The translations under genes and the position numbers were made by a program. A DNA stretch of 64,000 nucleotides from Eledone cirrhosa (Eukaryota). This document shows positions 42,211 to 57,713 of this stretch, piece by piece. Location: positions 274,102,001 to 274,166,000 of the forward strand of contig OZ024741.1 of assembly GCA_964016885.1 (NCBI GenBank), in the 5' to 3' direction. Numbering within the stretch: position 1 is the stretch's first letter; every line of letters starts with the position of its first letter. Below the pieces are notes generated by a model, which did no database searches, was not told the DNA's origin, and saw nothing but the letters and a program-made list of their open reading frames with translations.

Positions 42211-42384
42211 AATATGGCTTTATATTATATATATATATATATCATAAATCATGTCCTTAGAATTATTAGATAAAATATATACCATTTCCTCTTCCAATTA
42301 GCATAATTAACCATATAAAAAATCAAGCTATAAGAAGAATTTTGGTGCGATCAAGTTGGAAAACTAAATGTCTGATTTTGATTT

Positions 42385-42462
42385 TGTCTCCTGATGAATC
42401 CTAACTCAAGACATTCCTATTAATTGGATGTCTAAAAATACGGATGAAACCATGGTAGAGAT
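42385..42462 (+). ncRNA. Type I hammerhead ribozyme
   Basis: TGTCTC-CTGATGA-ATCC...GGAT-GAAA-CCATGG-TA-GAGATA; lies between inverted arms 42240-42330 / 42628-42735. Confidence 0.85.
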
Positions 42463-42827
42463 ATAATTACGGTATGTACACATTTCTTCTAAGTTTAATT
42501 TTACACCTAATTGTGTATGGTTGATGGTATATTTAGTCAGTTTCTACATGCTGTCGAAATGTTGGATAAATACTCTATTGGGGCCACCGCGAAGAGGCCA
42601 CTTTCGGTTATTTGTCGAAGAGCCTTTCTTCTTATAGCTTGGTCTAATTGATTTTTTATATGGTTAATTATGCTAATTGGAAGAGGAAATGGTATATATT
42701 TTATCTAATAATTCTAAGGACATGATTTATGATATATTGCTCTGATTATTCAATTTATTAATTCTTCATAGAGCCTAAAAGTGACCGGTTGCAGCATATA
42801 TATCTATAACTTTATGTATATGTAAAC

Positions 42828-42871
<44 letters not shown>

Positions 42872-42875
<4 letters not shown>

Positions 42876-43289
42876 AGATCAAAAGATGGTTAAAGGAGTT
42901 CCATGTATTTTATTATGCGCATTTCAAAAACAAACATCATCATGCAATAATATTTGTGTTTTCATCAGATAAAACAGGAGAACATGATATGAAGGCTAAA
43001 AAACACTTGTGGATAGTGCAGTTTTAAATCAACATATCATGTTGATTTAAAACTGCACTATCCACAAGTGTTTTTTAGCCTTCATATCATGTTCTCCTGT
43101 TTTATCTGATGAAAACACAAATATTATTGCATGATGATGTTTGTTTTTGAAATGCGCATAATAAAATACATGGAACTCCTTTAACCATCTTTTGATCTTA
43201 TATTATGTATACTCCAGTCCTACAAACTGTAGAGTGCTTCTTATCCGATATCTGCATTGCTTTATTGTACTACAATAAAACTCACCTCC

Positions 43290-43292
<3 letters not shown>
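42872..43292. mobile_element. PLE 3'-end hairpin (arms 42872-43035 / 43039-43202) with HHRs at 42906-42976 (-) and 43098-43168 (+)
   Basis: Perfect inverted duplication; HHR identical to 4025-4095. Confidence 0.85.
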
Positions 43293-43340
<48 letters not shown>

Positions 43341-43347
43341 AAAAAAA

Positions 43348-43436
<89 letters not shown>

Positions 43437-43734
43437 TAGATATATTACCCTTTTCTTCTTATATCTCTAATTTGCTCTACGTCTTTTTCTTCTTTAAGTT
43501 TATCATATTATTTGTGGTATATAAACGTTGAGATTTGATGCCAATACTGGAATTTAATAATCAAGACCGTAGCGATATATCATATATCGAATCATATATT
43601 TTGTCTGATGAGGACGTACTGAAAAAACAACACAGTACCTTTGATATATATATAATAAAGTATATATTTTGATTATGAGAATATTTTTCATTTGTTAATA
43701 TTTTGAAAAATATTATATATATATATATATATAT

Positions 43735-44010
43735 ATATTGGTAAACGGAATAGAAAATGCTGACAAATTGTTCACAGTTGAAAAATGGTTTAATTAGGAA
43801 TAAAAGAGTATTAGTGATTGTATGGGTTAGTATTCAGTTGTGGTTTTAACTTAAAAACTTAAAACCACAACTGAATACTAACCCATACAATCACTAATAC
43901 TATTTTATTCCTAATTAAACCATTTTTCAACTGTGAACAATTTGTCAGCATTTTCTATTCCGTTTACCAATATATAATAACTTGTGTGTTACACCTCTAT
44001 TCTTTTAACT
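43735..44010. repeat. Palindrome, inverted copy of 2933-3213
   Basis: Near-identical sequence with a slightly different centre. Confidence 0.85.
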
Positions 44011-44025
44011 ATATATATATATATA

Positions 44026-44710
44026 TAGTAGAATAATCGAGTATCGAAAAATCGGCGCACGAGTTCACGATAAACAAAATTCGATATGAGCGGCAGAGGG
44101 CTCAATAATTTAGATAAATCAGAGCTATAAGTATCGTTAAAATACCGTCACACATAGAACAAGTCTATAATCAACCATACAACCGAAAAATTGCGATCTG
44201 GAAGATTCGGGACACTCAGATAAAAAAATCAATAAATCAATAAATCAAATGAATGTAAAAAGCATACCCGGACCCGCTAGAAAGATGGTAAATCTAGCTA
44301 CTTGGGTTTCTGTAAATCCTTAAGCTGTCCTCTATCAGCTCACATAAAAATATATAAGACTTCTAGGTGCCAGCGGACGGGAGTTTACTTCCTCAACGAG
44401 CTTTGTCCAAACGAATGAAAAGGCATAACCCAGGCTAAATACGCACATGGAATTCAGCAAGGGAGATAACCTCTATATCCGCGAAAAATATTCGGGAAAA
44501 TGTGGAAATACACATATCGAATAAGAGTGCTCAATAGACATGTTAAAATAAACAGGAGCTATTCATCATTTAATAGAATCGACAAAAAATGAACAATAAA
44601 ATTAACTGGTCAATAGCTAGGTCTAGAGCTAAATATAGTAGAATAATCGAGTATCGAAAAATCGGCGCACGAGTTCACGATAAACAAAATTCGATATGAG
44701 CGGCAGAGGG
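44026..44710 (+). mobile_element. Partial-tandem element with 75-bp direct repeats; possible Poseidon-type PLE remnant
   Basis: 44026-44100 equals 44636-44710; decayed translation ALSKRMKRHN..TWNSAREI..NIRENVEIHI..LNRHVKINRSY; first 370 bp also at 30232-30610. Confidence 0.5.
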
Positions 44711-44827
44711 ATATATATATATATATTATATATATATAAATATATATATATATTAGTACTACTGGTTTAGTTCGGATCTAGCTGTCGAAACGGCTGGAGC
44801 TTAGCCGTCGGGGTCCTGACTCTTTTC

Positions 44828-44944
<117 letters not shown>

Positions 44945-45271
44945 GAGAATAAGCGAGAGTGAGAGAGAGAGGGATAGAGAGGTAGAGAGATACATAGAGA
45001 AAGAGAGTGAGAAAGAGAGAGAGAGGTAGATATTGAGAATGTGTACAGATCTGTGGAATCTCTTCACCAAGAGTCTGTAGCAAGGTGAACATATTCGCCA
45101 CCCTAAATATGTTACTTTCTCTCTCTACTGGGCCGTATCCTGGAGGTACGGGGTTCGATTCCTCGTAGCAACCAATGGCAACTTTTTTTCTGTCTTTAAC
45201 TGTATCCACTCTATTTTATAAGGTATTTTAGAACATCTCCACACATGAGCATACCACCTTTTATATATGTA

Positions 45272-45662
45272 CTAGACCACCCGTGACCCTTGGGTCACGT
45301 TAGCTTCAAAATATATTTTGTAAATCATGTTCCCTTAAAATATTTTTAAATGATTAAAATATACAAAGACATTTATATAATGTGAAATGAAACTGGAAGG
45401 CGCATATATATACGTGTGTGTATGTATATATATAAATGTGTGTGTGTGTTTATACATATATATGTATGTGTGTGTATATATATATGTGGGTGTCTGTGAT
45501 CATACACTGGTCATAGACACACACACACACATATATATACACACACACTCACATATACGTATACACAACAACACCAACAGCTCTCTTCCATTCTCATTCT
45601 CTGTCTCCTCTCCCTCTCTCTATTTCTCTATTTCAATCTACTCTCTCACAATCACTATCTCT

Positions 45663-45754
<92 letters not shown>

Positions 45755-45946
45755 GTTTATGAAGCTACTCGGAAAAAATCCCTCGGGAACCCATGCTCCG
45801 ATTTACGCGAAACTTGTTTTGTTCCATTTGTATTCCCATTTCAGGGTCAACTCCCTTTCAAAGTATTTTCCCCTTATACGCCCTTTTGGCTGTATTACAT
45901 TACAGACAAGCAAGCAAGCAATCACAGAGTTTTAGTATTATATAGA
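45272..45946 (-). mobile_element. Non-autonomous Helitron
   Basis: Minus 5' TCTATATAATACTAAAA; 3' hairpin CGTGACCC-AA-GGGTCACG plus CTAG; homologous to 674-1258. Confidence 0.8.
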
Positions 45947-46124
45947 TATATGAGAAGGACGGCAGATTGAGCGGGTTCTTCGAGACTAGAAATAGGTAGT
46001 AACGTAACCTCTACCATACTAGTTGATACATCGATCTCCATCGATTAATCGACCTTGTTTAAACGATCGTAAAACAATAAAGTAACTATCTACCTACTTC
46101 TGACCTCTGTTTTTATTGGTCTAT

Positions 46125-46289
<165 letters not shown>

Positions 46290-46308
46290 AACAAATACAC
46301 AAATACAC

Positions 46309-46451
<143 letters not shown>

Positions 46452-46711
46452 TAGGAAAATGTTTGACCCCGACGGCATCTCTCGACTCTTATATATTCTG
46501 GACTATATATATGTATATATGAAGCGAGAAAGAAAGAGAAAGAGAGAGAGAGGTAAACTTGTTGTATACTTTGCTTAATGTACTATTTAATACATACATT
46601 CACACACACATACACAGACATACACACACACACACACATAGACACACACATATATATATATGTAAAAAACATATATATATGTATATATATATATATACAT
46701 ATATACATATA

Positions 46712-46785
<74 letters not shown>

Positions 46786-46871
46786 TACATATATATATAG
46801 TTATATATAGTTATATATTTATTTATATACATATATATATATAGTTATATATATATACATATATATATATA

Positions 46872-46944
<73 letters not shown>

Positions 46945-47108
46945 CTGTATGTCTGTGTGTGTGTGTGAATGTATGTATTAAATTAAATAGTACATTAAGC
47001 AAAGTATACAATAAATTTACCTCTCTCTCTCTATTATATATATATAGATACATATGTATATATATATATATGCATATAAATATATATATACATATATATA
47101 TATATATA

Positions 47109-47178
<70 letters not shown>

Positions 47179-47372
47179 CAAAGGAATTGTGGTAAGGAAC
47201 CAGATGGACCATAAGGCACCAGAGTACTCAATACTTAGGGTAGTAGAGTGGGAAATAGGAAAAAGTATGACCCCGACGGGAGAGCTCAAGCCGTTTCGAC
47301 GGCTATTTCCGGAAATAGTCCAGAAGTAGTCGTCGACACGGCTAGAGCTCTGCCGTCGGCGTCATACTTTTT

Positions 47373-47435
<63 letters not shown>

Positions 47436-47436
47436 A

Positions 47437-47648
<212 letters not shown>

Positions 47649-48015
47649 AGACGTTGTCAAAAGTTTGAAATGTGTGAGATATCGAGTGAAAGAATGGCCG
47701 CCGCGGGGAAATGGCTGTTTTGTTGTCAACAAGCAATGGAGATGAACTGCTAATTTCTGCTCAACATTCCAATCACTCAATATCTACTCGCTTCACTTTC
47801 CCCAATCACACAAAGTAATTAGCACTCGCCTCCTTAAGCCATTCAAATCTATTTTAACTGAAATCCTTTTCCCCCCGCATCCTCCGCCATTTTGTTCCAA
47901 TTCTCCGCCATCTTTCCCTGTCTGCACCCCCCCCCCCCTCACCGCAGCACACTTCTACTTCACCTTCATTTAGCTGTATGTACCCCTTAACTCACCATCT
48001 CTCTCTCTCTCTCTG

Positions 48016-48060
<45 letters not shown>

Positions 48061-48137
48061 AATATATTAATAATATATATATATGTGTGTCTGTGTGCGT
48101 ATATGTATATACTTATATATATGCATACATATATATT

Positions 48138-48209
<72 letters not shown>

Positions 48210-48870
48210 TTTAACTTATACACACACTCTCTCCCGCCATAGTTGTTTTTAAATATTGTTATTGTTGTTGTTGTTGTTGTTGTTGTTGTTCTTCTTCTTC
48301 TTCTTCTTCTTCTTCTTCTTCTTCTTCTTCTTCGTCACCGTCACAATTATTTTTATTATTACTATTATTACTATTAGTAGTATTAGTATTGTTACTAATA
48401 GGACTATCAACATGATACCCATCCCCACCATCCCCACCGCCACTGCCATCCTCACCACCACCACCACCACCATCATCATCAACACCACCACCACCACCAC
48501 CACCACCAGCACCACCACCATCCTCCAATTACGTATTTCAGTCCCCCCCCCCCTCCCAATTATTTTCCTCTTCTCTTCGTTTCATTTTTAGAAACATTCA
48601 AAATAGTTTCCATTGGATGTCGTCGTCTCTGAAACGATGAAAGGAAATATAGATCTTCGCCACACGACATGACACATCATAGTGTGTACAACTTGCACAA
48701 TATTACTACTACACACCACTGTTACACATTACACTCTATACACTACACAGTGATGTCATATGCCAGCCAGAGCTACACACAACCTTAAATGAAACGGAGA
48801 AAGGAAGATAAATTTAATAAATCTTCGTCACACGACATGACACATCACAGAGTGTATAGCTTACACAATG

Positions 48871-49054
48871 ATTGGCGGTATCGGTAGAGGGTCGGACGCC
48901 ATGCTTTGACGCATAGAGTTATGGCCCTTGCCATTCTGAGTTCAAATCCCGCCAATGTTAACTTTGCCTTTCATCCTTACGGAGTCGATAAAATAAAGTA
49001 CTGGTAATACACTGAGTAATTGCTGGTCTTGTGCCAAAAGTAGACACAATTATT
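48871..49054 (+). mobile_element. tRNA-derived SINE inserted in a ~160-bp tandem repeat (units start ~48631, 48791, 49151)
   Basis: SINE core; flanking GAAACG..GAAAGGAA..ATGACAC units. Confidence 0.75.
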
Positions 49055-49239
49055 ACAACACACCACAGCTACACACTATACATTACACACTACACACTAT
49101 ACAGCAATGGCATATACCGCAGCTACATACTACAAACTACACACAACCTCGAAACGGTGAAAGGAAGAGTAAATTTAATAAATCTTCACCTTATGACACG
49201 ACACTTCACAGTGTGTATAGCTTACACACTATTATTACA

Positions 49240-50080
49240 CACCACAGTTACACAACACAGCTACTCACTCCAAACATCACTGTTACACACCACAGAAACA
49301 CATCACAATGACACACTACATTTATACACTACAGCTACACACTACAGCTATACACCACAGCTACATAGTACAGCTACACACTACAGTTACACACCACAGC
49401 TACAAAATAAGTACACACCACAGCTACACACTACAGCTACACACTCTAGCTACACACGACAGCTACACACTACAGCTACACAGTACAACTACACAGTACA
49501 GCTACATAGTACAGCTACACACCACAGCTACACAGTACAGCTACACAGTACAGCTATACACTACAGCTACACACCACAGCTACACACCACAGCTACACAG
49601 TACAGCTACACACTACAGCTACACAGTACAGCTACACAGTACATCTACACACCACAGCTACACGCCACAGCTACACGCCACAGCTACACACCACAGCTAC
49701 ACAGTACAGCTAGACACCACAGCTACACAGTACAGCTACACACTACAGCTAAACAATACAGCTACACAGTACAGTTACACACTACAGCTAAACAGTACAG
49801 CTATACAGTACAGATACACAGTACAGCTACACACTACAGCTAAACAATACAGCTATACAGTACAGATATACAGTACAGCTACACACCACTGCTACACACT
49901 ACAGCTAGACAGTAAGTACACACCACTGTTAGGCATCATAGCTACAAAATGAAGCCACACATCAGAGCCACACACTACTGATACACAACTCAAACTCCGG
50001 TTACACACTACAGCTAGACAATACACACGATAGTTACACAATTTAGTTACACAGGACACACTACATAACACAGCTCCATA
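49240..50080. repeat. Degenerate minisatellite (TACAGCTACACAC/G, ~13-bp unit)
   Basis: Direct observation. Confidence 0.9.
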
Positions 50081-50439
50081 GCTAATTCTTCTTCTCTTGT
50101 CCCGTAACTTCTGATGGAGTCGTAGGGCGCCATAATGGCGTAGAAACGCCATTTTAAACATGGCGGAGCCAAACTCCTCTCCAGGTCTGAATAAAACAGA
50201 TTTCTTCCAGGGAAGGATAGAAAGTGAGAGAATGGGCGTGAGAAAAAGATACAGAGGAGGAACGGATTCCGGTATTAAACTGGTACTTTTTTATCGACCT
50301 TAAAAGGATGAAATGCAAAGTTGACCTCGGCGGGATTTTAACTCACAGAGCAGAGAACCGGAACGAATACCACAAAATATTCTTTCCGACTCTGCCAATT
50401 TGCCTCCCATTGTAGCTAATTACTAGGCCGAAATAGGTA

Positions 50440-50711
50440 TAATCGATTAAAATTCTTGAAAACGGTGCCCTAGCCTGGCCGTAGTCGAATGAATGAAACC
50501 ATTAAAAGTCTAAAAGAGTTAAATGACATCCCTGTTTCAGAGTGAGCCCACCTGTGACATGTCCGAAATAGAATTTTGGGGGTAGATATAATTGACTAAA
50601 ATTCTTGAAAACGGTGCCCCAGCCTGGCCGTAGTCGTATGAATGAAACCAGTAAAAGTCTAAAAGAGTTAAATGACATCGCTGTTCCTTAGTGAGCACAC
50701 CTGTGACATGT
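50440..50711. repeat. ~150-bp tandem duplication containing a SINE-tail motif
   Basis: TAAAATTCTTGAAAACGGTGCCC...CACCTGTGACATGT occurs twice. Confidence 0.8.
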
Positions 50712-51257
50712 TGCCACCCACATATTGTAACTATATATCTTGTTCTTCACAGACAGTCTTCACTCTACAAGCAGGTGTTCTCTACTACATACAGTATACA
50801 TTACTGTTAGCGAACATATACAAAAATAAGAACGAGATGTTTTATTTTATTTTCTATCACAAAGCTTTTAATTGTCAAGGTCGTTAGAGCGTCGGATTAA
50901 ATCTCGCGGTTTTTGTACCTCCCCACCTTTCTCTCTCTGTCTTTCTACCTCCCTCCCTCCTCTTCCTCTCTCTCTCTCTCTCGCTCCCTCTTTCACACTC
51001 TTTCTCTCTCTTCCTCTCGACTCCCCTCTTTCTTTCTCGCTTTTCACTCTTTCATTCTCTCTCTCTCTCCTCCCCGCCCCTCTCTCCTCTCCCTCTCCCC
51101 TCCTCCCCCATCTCTCCTCCCCGCACTCTCTCCTCTCCCTCTCCCCTCCTCCCCTCTCTCCCCCTCCCTCTCTGCTCTGTGAGTTTATTATCCCACCGAG
51201 ATCAACTCAGACTCCGATTCTTTTGGAAGGGTCTGTAAATAACTACCTGTCTCGGGT

Positions 51258-51343
51258 GACGGAGTAGTGCACTGGTTAAAGCGTCGAACGGGATACATTA
51301 TGGTATCCCTCCTAATTCTGGGGGTTCAAATCTCACCTCCTAT
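51258..51343 (+). other. tRNA-like (A/B box) pseudogene or SINE head
   Basis: TAGTGCACTGG A-box, GGTTCAAATCT B-box, internal GGGATAC/GTATCCC hairpin; no intact cloverleaf. Confidence 0.35.
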
Positions 51344-51471
51344 TATCAGAAAAGCCATGACGCCTCTGCTAGAATTGTGACCGACAGATAGTATCAGCAA
51401 AGGAAAAACCACAGGAAATAGTTTCTTTGGTCTGATCTGATGATCAGCTTCACACACACACGCGCACGCAC

Positions 51472-51549
<78 letters not shown>

Positions 51550-51567
51550 GTATATATATATATGTAT

Positions 51568-52322
<755 letters not shown>

Positions 52323-52425
52323 CATATATAAGCCTACAACTATACGATCCCGGGAAGAAGTTCTATCGGCTGAAACATGTATTAGTTTGAAAATGCATTG
52401 ATTCTTTGGCATTTTTTATAAATAG

Positions 52426-52457
<32 letters not shown>

Positions 52458-52542
52458 ATAGGGGGTGGGGACATGAATGAGGGTCGATCTGAAAAATTAA
52501 TAAGCGGGGAAGTGGTCGATTATTCGAGACGAGACCAGAGAG

Positions 52543-52627
<85 letters not shown>

Positions 52628-52687
52628 ATGCGTGTGTGAGAGAGAGATCTAGAGAGCGACAGAGAGAGTGAGAGAGAGCGAGAGAGA

Positions 52688-52720
<33 letters not shown>

Positions 52721-52736
52721 TGCGAGAGAGAGAGAG

Positions 52737-52776
<40 letters not shown>

Positions 52777-53759
52777 TAACTAATATGCTTATTTTCTTGG
52801 AATTATCTCTGATTTGTTCTTTCCGTTTCAATCGTTCACCATCTCGTTACACCGAGTAATTTATAATTATTTGTATTTATTTGTTGGACAGTTTCATTGA
52901 TTTATACTTGAATTAGATAAGTAGATATATATGTATTGATTGGCTAGAAGCTTTCAGGCATTTGGAGAAAGTTTCTCCTCTGATGACAGTTATTGTATAC
53001 CTCAGACTATCGATTGAACGATATCACTAGCTACCTCACTTCCTCCAACGTCTCAGTTGGACAAACTTGCAGTTTAGTGATTCTTTGTAATAGATTTCTG
53101 AATAATGCATAGTAGATAATATAGCTTTATAAAAGAGCTTTCTAGTTAATGCTTCATCTTACTAGTGAGCGTTCAGATATATCGTCCCTGAGTTTCAAGG
53201 TAAATTGGGACGGACATAAGGAATTTTGACTGATTCGTAATCTGAATGAGTGAAGATACTGATAGTAACGACTTTTGAAAGTGTTTATAGTGAGTTCAAA
53301 GCAATTTCTTTGCGATGACACTACCTTGTTACAGATATCTCTGTCTAGTGACCTATGTACGAGTGATCTATATACAGGTAGACAGTTATAGACCATACAA
53401 ATAAAGAGGTGAATCACATATAACTATACTAGTAAGTCAGATAGAGATAAATAATTGTGTTACATACAGGGGATACCCAGATCACTCATTGGAATGACAG
53501 GCAGAGAGAAGAAGGCTGTAGTTGTGAGAGTCAGAAGAAACGGCCTCTTGTTGGCTTTGGGCAGTTGAGAGGAGATAAGCTGGAAGCCAAGAAGTGAAGA
53601 TGGGCAGTAATTTGGCCACCATTGCTGACTCAGTAGCGAGAGAGTGTTACGGTTGAGGGTTGAAACACTCAATGAAAGTTGGATACCGTCTGATGACATC
53701 AGCACCTCATGGTCAAGGCTATGTTCACGGAAGGTGAATGAATGTGAGACACCTTATTT

Positions 53760-54072
53760 TATTACGTAATATAACATTTGATAACGTAGTATACCATTTT
53801 ATAACCTAATATACCATTTTATAACGTAGTATAACATTTTATAACCTAATATACCATTTTATAACGTAGTATAACATTTTATATCGTAGTATAACATTTT
53901 ATAACATAGTATACCATGTTATAACATAATATACCATTTTATACCATAATATACCATTTTATAACGTAATATATCATTTTATAACGTAATATATAATTTT
54001 ATAACGTAATATAACATTTTATAAAGTAGTATACCATTTTATAACGTAATATGCCATTTCATAACGTAATAT
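53760..54072. repeat. 20-bp minisatellite (ATAACGTAGTATACCATTTT) x ~15
   Basis: Direct observation. Confidence 0.9.
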
Positions 54073-54437
54073 AGCGTTTAATATGTTGACAACAGCGGAG
54101 TGGGTAAGAAAGATCTTTTCCGCAACCCAAGCACTCGTCTCTGGCCGACAAGGCTGAGGGTAGTTGGTGCAGCGTTCGGCACTGCAGTGTCCCAACGAGA
54201 CCGAAAGGGGTTAGCGGACCACGATAATGATGATGGTGAGGAGGAGGGGGATGATAGCATATAATTATGTATATCACATTTTAAAACCTAGTATATAATT
54301 ATATTACGTATTATAGCATTTAATTATGTATGAACCACATAATATATTATAAAATGTTATGTATATATTGTTATGTTTATACCAATGATGTACACGGTAT
54401 ACATTTCCACTTTGCTATGTTGTGGAAAATACATACA

Positions 54438-56105
54438 ATAATAATTGTTTCTACTTTTGGCACAAGGCTAGCAATTATCTTAGTGTATTACTGGTACTTT
54501 ATTTTATCGACCCCGTAAGGATGAAAGGCAAATTTAACCTCGGCGGGATTTGAACCCAGAACGTAAAGGGCCATAACTCTATGCTGAAAAGCATGGTGTC
54601 TGACGCTCGACCGATACTGCCAATCCACCGCCCTTAAATTCAATGATACTGCTCTTTCTAAAATTGGCACAAGGCCAACAATTTTTGGTGAAGGGGGAAA
54701 GTCGGTTACGCCGACCCATGTACATGACTGGTACTTTATTTTATCGATCCAAGAAGGATGAAAAGCAAAGTTGGCCTCGATGGGTTAAAAGTTGTCCGGC
54801 TTAATCTGACACATCAAGAATGCTTGGACACCGAACCTGTGCATGTCGGCCAGTTTCATTGCCCTACACCGTCTCTCGAACTGGCTTGATTGTCAGTAGT
54901 TCTAAGATGGCTGTGTCTGTAGAGTTTATCCCGAACAGACAAGCGCGATTCCAACATGCCATAGACCATAGACCATCACAGTCAGATCAAAGTCTTTTGG
55001 AAATTCTTCGTAATTGCAGGTCTAAAATTTTTCCAGAAGAATCTAATAATGATAATTTCTAATTTTGGCACAAGACGAGCAATACGGTGGAAAGGAAAAC
55101 ACGAGTATATTGAGTCCAGTGTATAACTGGTACTTTATCAAACCCGGGAGAATGAAAGGTAAAGTAAAATGAACATCGGTGAGATTTTAACTCAGAGAAA
55201 AGACATTCATATATACAAATGTACTACAAATATTTTAATGCAATTCAGCTTATTTCAAAGCTACTACAACGCAATATAATAATTGTTTCTACTTTTGGCA
55301 CAAGGCCAGCAATTACCCATTGCACATTACTGGTACTTTAATTTATCGACCCCGTAAGGATGAAAGGCAAAGTTAACCTCGGCGGGATTTGAACTCAGAA
55401 TGGCAAGGGCCGTAACTCTATGCGTCTAAGCATGGCATCCGACCCTCTACCGATACTGCCAATCCAACGAAATATAATAATGGAGTAAGTTGGGTATATA
55501 AACCGCCTGAGACGAACATCTGGTATACTGTAGAGTAGTTATAGACCCGATGCTCTACCAACTCGTCCGTCTATGTCATTAATCCTGTATCAGACCCTTT
55601 AATAACCTTCATTTCTAATATAGGCACAATGTCAGCAACTTTGGGGGAAAAACAAAGTTAACCGCGGCAGGTTTTAAACTCAGAATGTTAAAAGCAAGAA
55701 CAAATAACACAATTTCATTTTATCCAACGCTCTATCAATTCTCCAAATCTACCACTCTGATGTTGTTGATGGTGATGATGATGATGATGATGATGAGGAG
55801 GAGGAGGAGGGGGAGGAGGAGGAGGGGGAGGATGAAGAGAAGGAGGAAAAAGTCGGGGGTAAGAGCAATGATATTTTTTTATTTATTATGGATTGGCTGC
55901 ATCGGTAGAGGGTCGGAGGCCATGCTTTCCAGCATAGAGTTACGGCCCTTTATGATCTGGGTTCAAATCCCGCCGAGGTTATCTTTGCCTTTCATCTTTA
56001 CGGGGTCAATAAAATAAAGTACCAGTCACGCACTAGGGTCGATTTAATCGACTTTTCCCTCCCTCAAAATTGCTGACCTTGTGTCAAAAGTAGAAACAAT
56101 TATTA
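54438..56105. mobile_element. Cluster of tRNA-SINE copies (54438-54633, 54655-54785, 55060-55200, 55278-55465, 55610-55755 minus; 55888-56105 plus)
   Basis: Repeated SINE core, B-box and tail. Confidence 0.75.
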
Positions 56106-56470
56106 GTATTATTACTTGTCCCCTACATGTCGGTCCTTGTGGCCAATAAATGAAGTCATTATTATTATTATTATAAATATTTTTATTATTGTCGTTGTTA
56201 TTGTTATTATTTTTAGCAGAAGTAGCACTGTAGTAGACTGCAATGAATACAATCGGATGGCAGTTAAGAAGAAGCGACACATCCCCTAAATCAATAAATA
56301 AACAGAAGAGGTCGCTGGCAGTGTTGTGATGAGCCGGCCATTGTACGAGATAAACGCTATCACGTGTTGTATGAGGTTGGCCGGTGGCTGGTGGGGATGG
56401 CTTCTTGAGATGTCGGTGGGTTTAAGTAAACACTGTGAAGTAATTGAAAACAATTCCCCTTTTTTCTAGA

Positions 56471-56760
56471 TTTCTTCTTCTTCTTCTTCTTCTTCTTCTT
56501 CTTCTTCTTCTTTTTTTTTTTTCTTCTTCTTCTTTTTTTCTTCTTCTTCTTTTTTTCTTCTTCTTCTTTTCTTCTTCTTCTTCTTCTTCTTCTTCTTTTT
56601 CTTCTTCTTCTTCTTCTTCTTCTTCTTCTTTTTCTTCTTTTTTCTTCTTTTTTCTTCTTTTTTCTTCTTTTTTTTTCTTCTTCTTCTTCTTCTTCTTCTT
56701 CTTCTTCTTCTTCTTCTTCTTCTTCTTCTTCTTCTTCTTCTTCTTCTTCTTCTTCTTCCT
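56471..56760. repeat. (TTC)n microsatellite
   Basis: Direct observation. Confidence 0.95.
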
Positions 56761-56979
56761 CCCCCTCCCCTTCTGCTACCTCATATGTCAGCGTCATCAA
56801 AGGTGAATATAATTTGCAGTAAGGTGGGGCGGAGCGGGGGTTGTTAAGTATTTACTTATGTACGTATGTATGTGGGGGATTTGTATATATATATTTCCAC
56901 ACACATATACATACACACACACACATATATATATGCAATATATATAATATATATATATATATTCATTTATTTATTTATT

Positions 56980-57040
<61 letters not shown>

Positions 57041-57130
57041 ATTTGTATATACTTGAATACAGATAAGAAAGAGAGAAGGAGAGAGACAGGGGAGAGGGAG
57101 CAAGAGAGAGAGAGACGGGGGGAGAGGGAG

Positions 57131-57186
<56 letters not shown>

Positions 57187-57446
57187 GGCTGCAGAGGTAG
57201 TTCTGATTGAATGAAATCACGTTTATATGTTAAACTTTAGTTTCTTTCGGTCATTCTCCCGTTCTGTGTACAGATATGTAGTATAACACACACACACACA
57301 CATACGCGCGCACACACACACACACACACATAAACACATACACGCACATACACACTCATAAACACATACACGCACATCCGTACTCCCACACGGGTAGGCA
57401 CATATTTTCACATAAATTATTGGTGCATTTAATTCATTCATTCCGT

Positions 57447-57508
<62 letters not shown>

Positions 57509-57665
57509 TATATATATACACATGCATATATATATATATATATATATATATACATGTCTTTACTCTTTTACTCTTTTACCTGTTTCAGCCATCCGGCTGA
57601 GGCCATGCCATATATATACACACACACGCCACACACGCACACACAAACATATATAAATATATATA

Positions 57666-57713
<48 letters not shown>

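Noticed and set aside
49031-49952. 270-aa and 214-aa repetitive ORFs
   Set aside because: Open only because of a stop-free minisatellite; the longer ORF starts in a SINE tail
52975-53030. Hammerhead at CTCTGATGACAGTT
   Set aside because: GAAA box absent and stem I does not close
56360-56806. Poly-E/K or poly-F/S protein
   Set aside because: (TTC)n microsatellite
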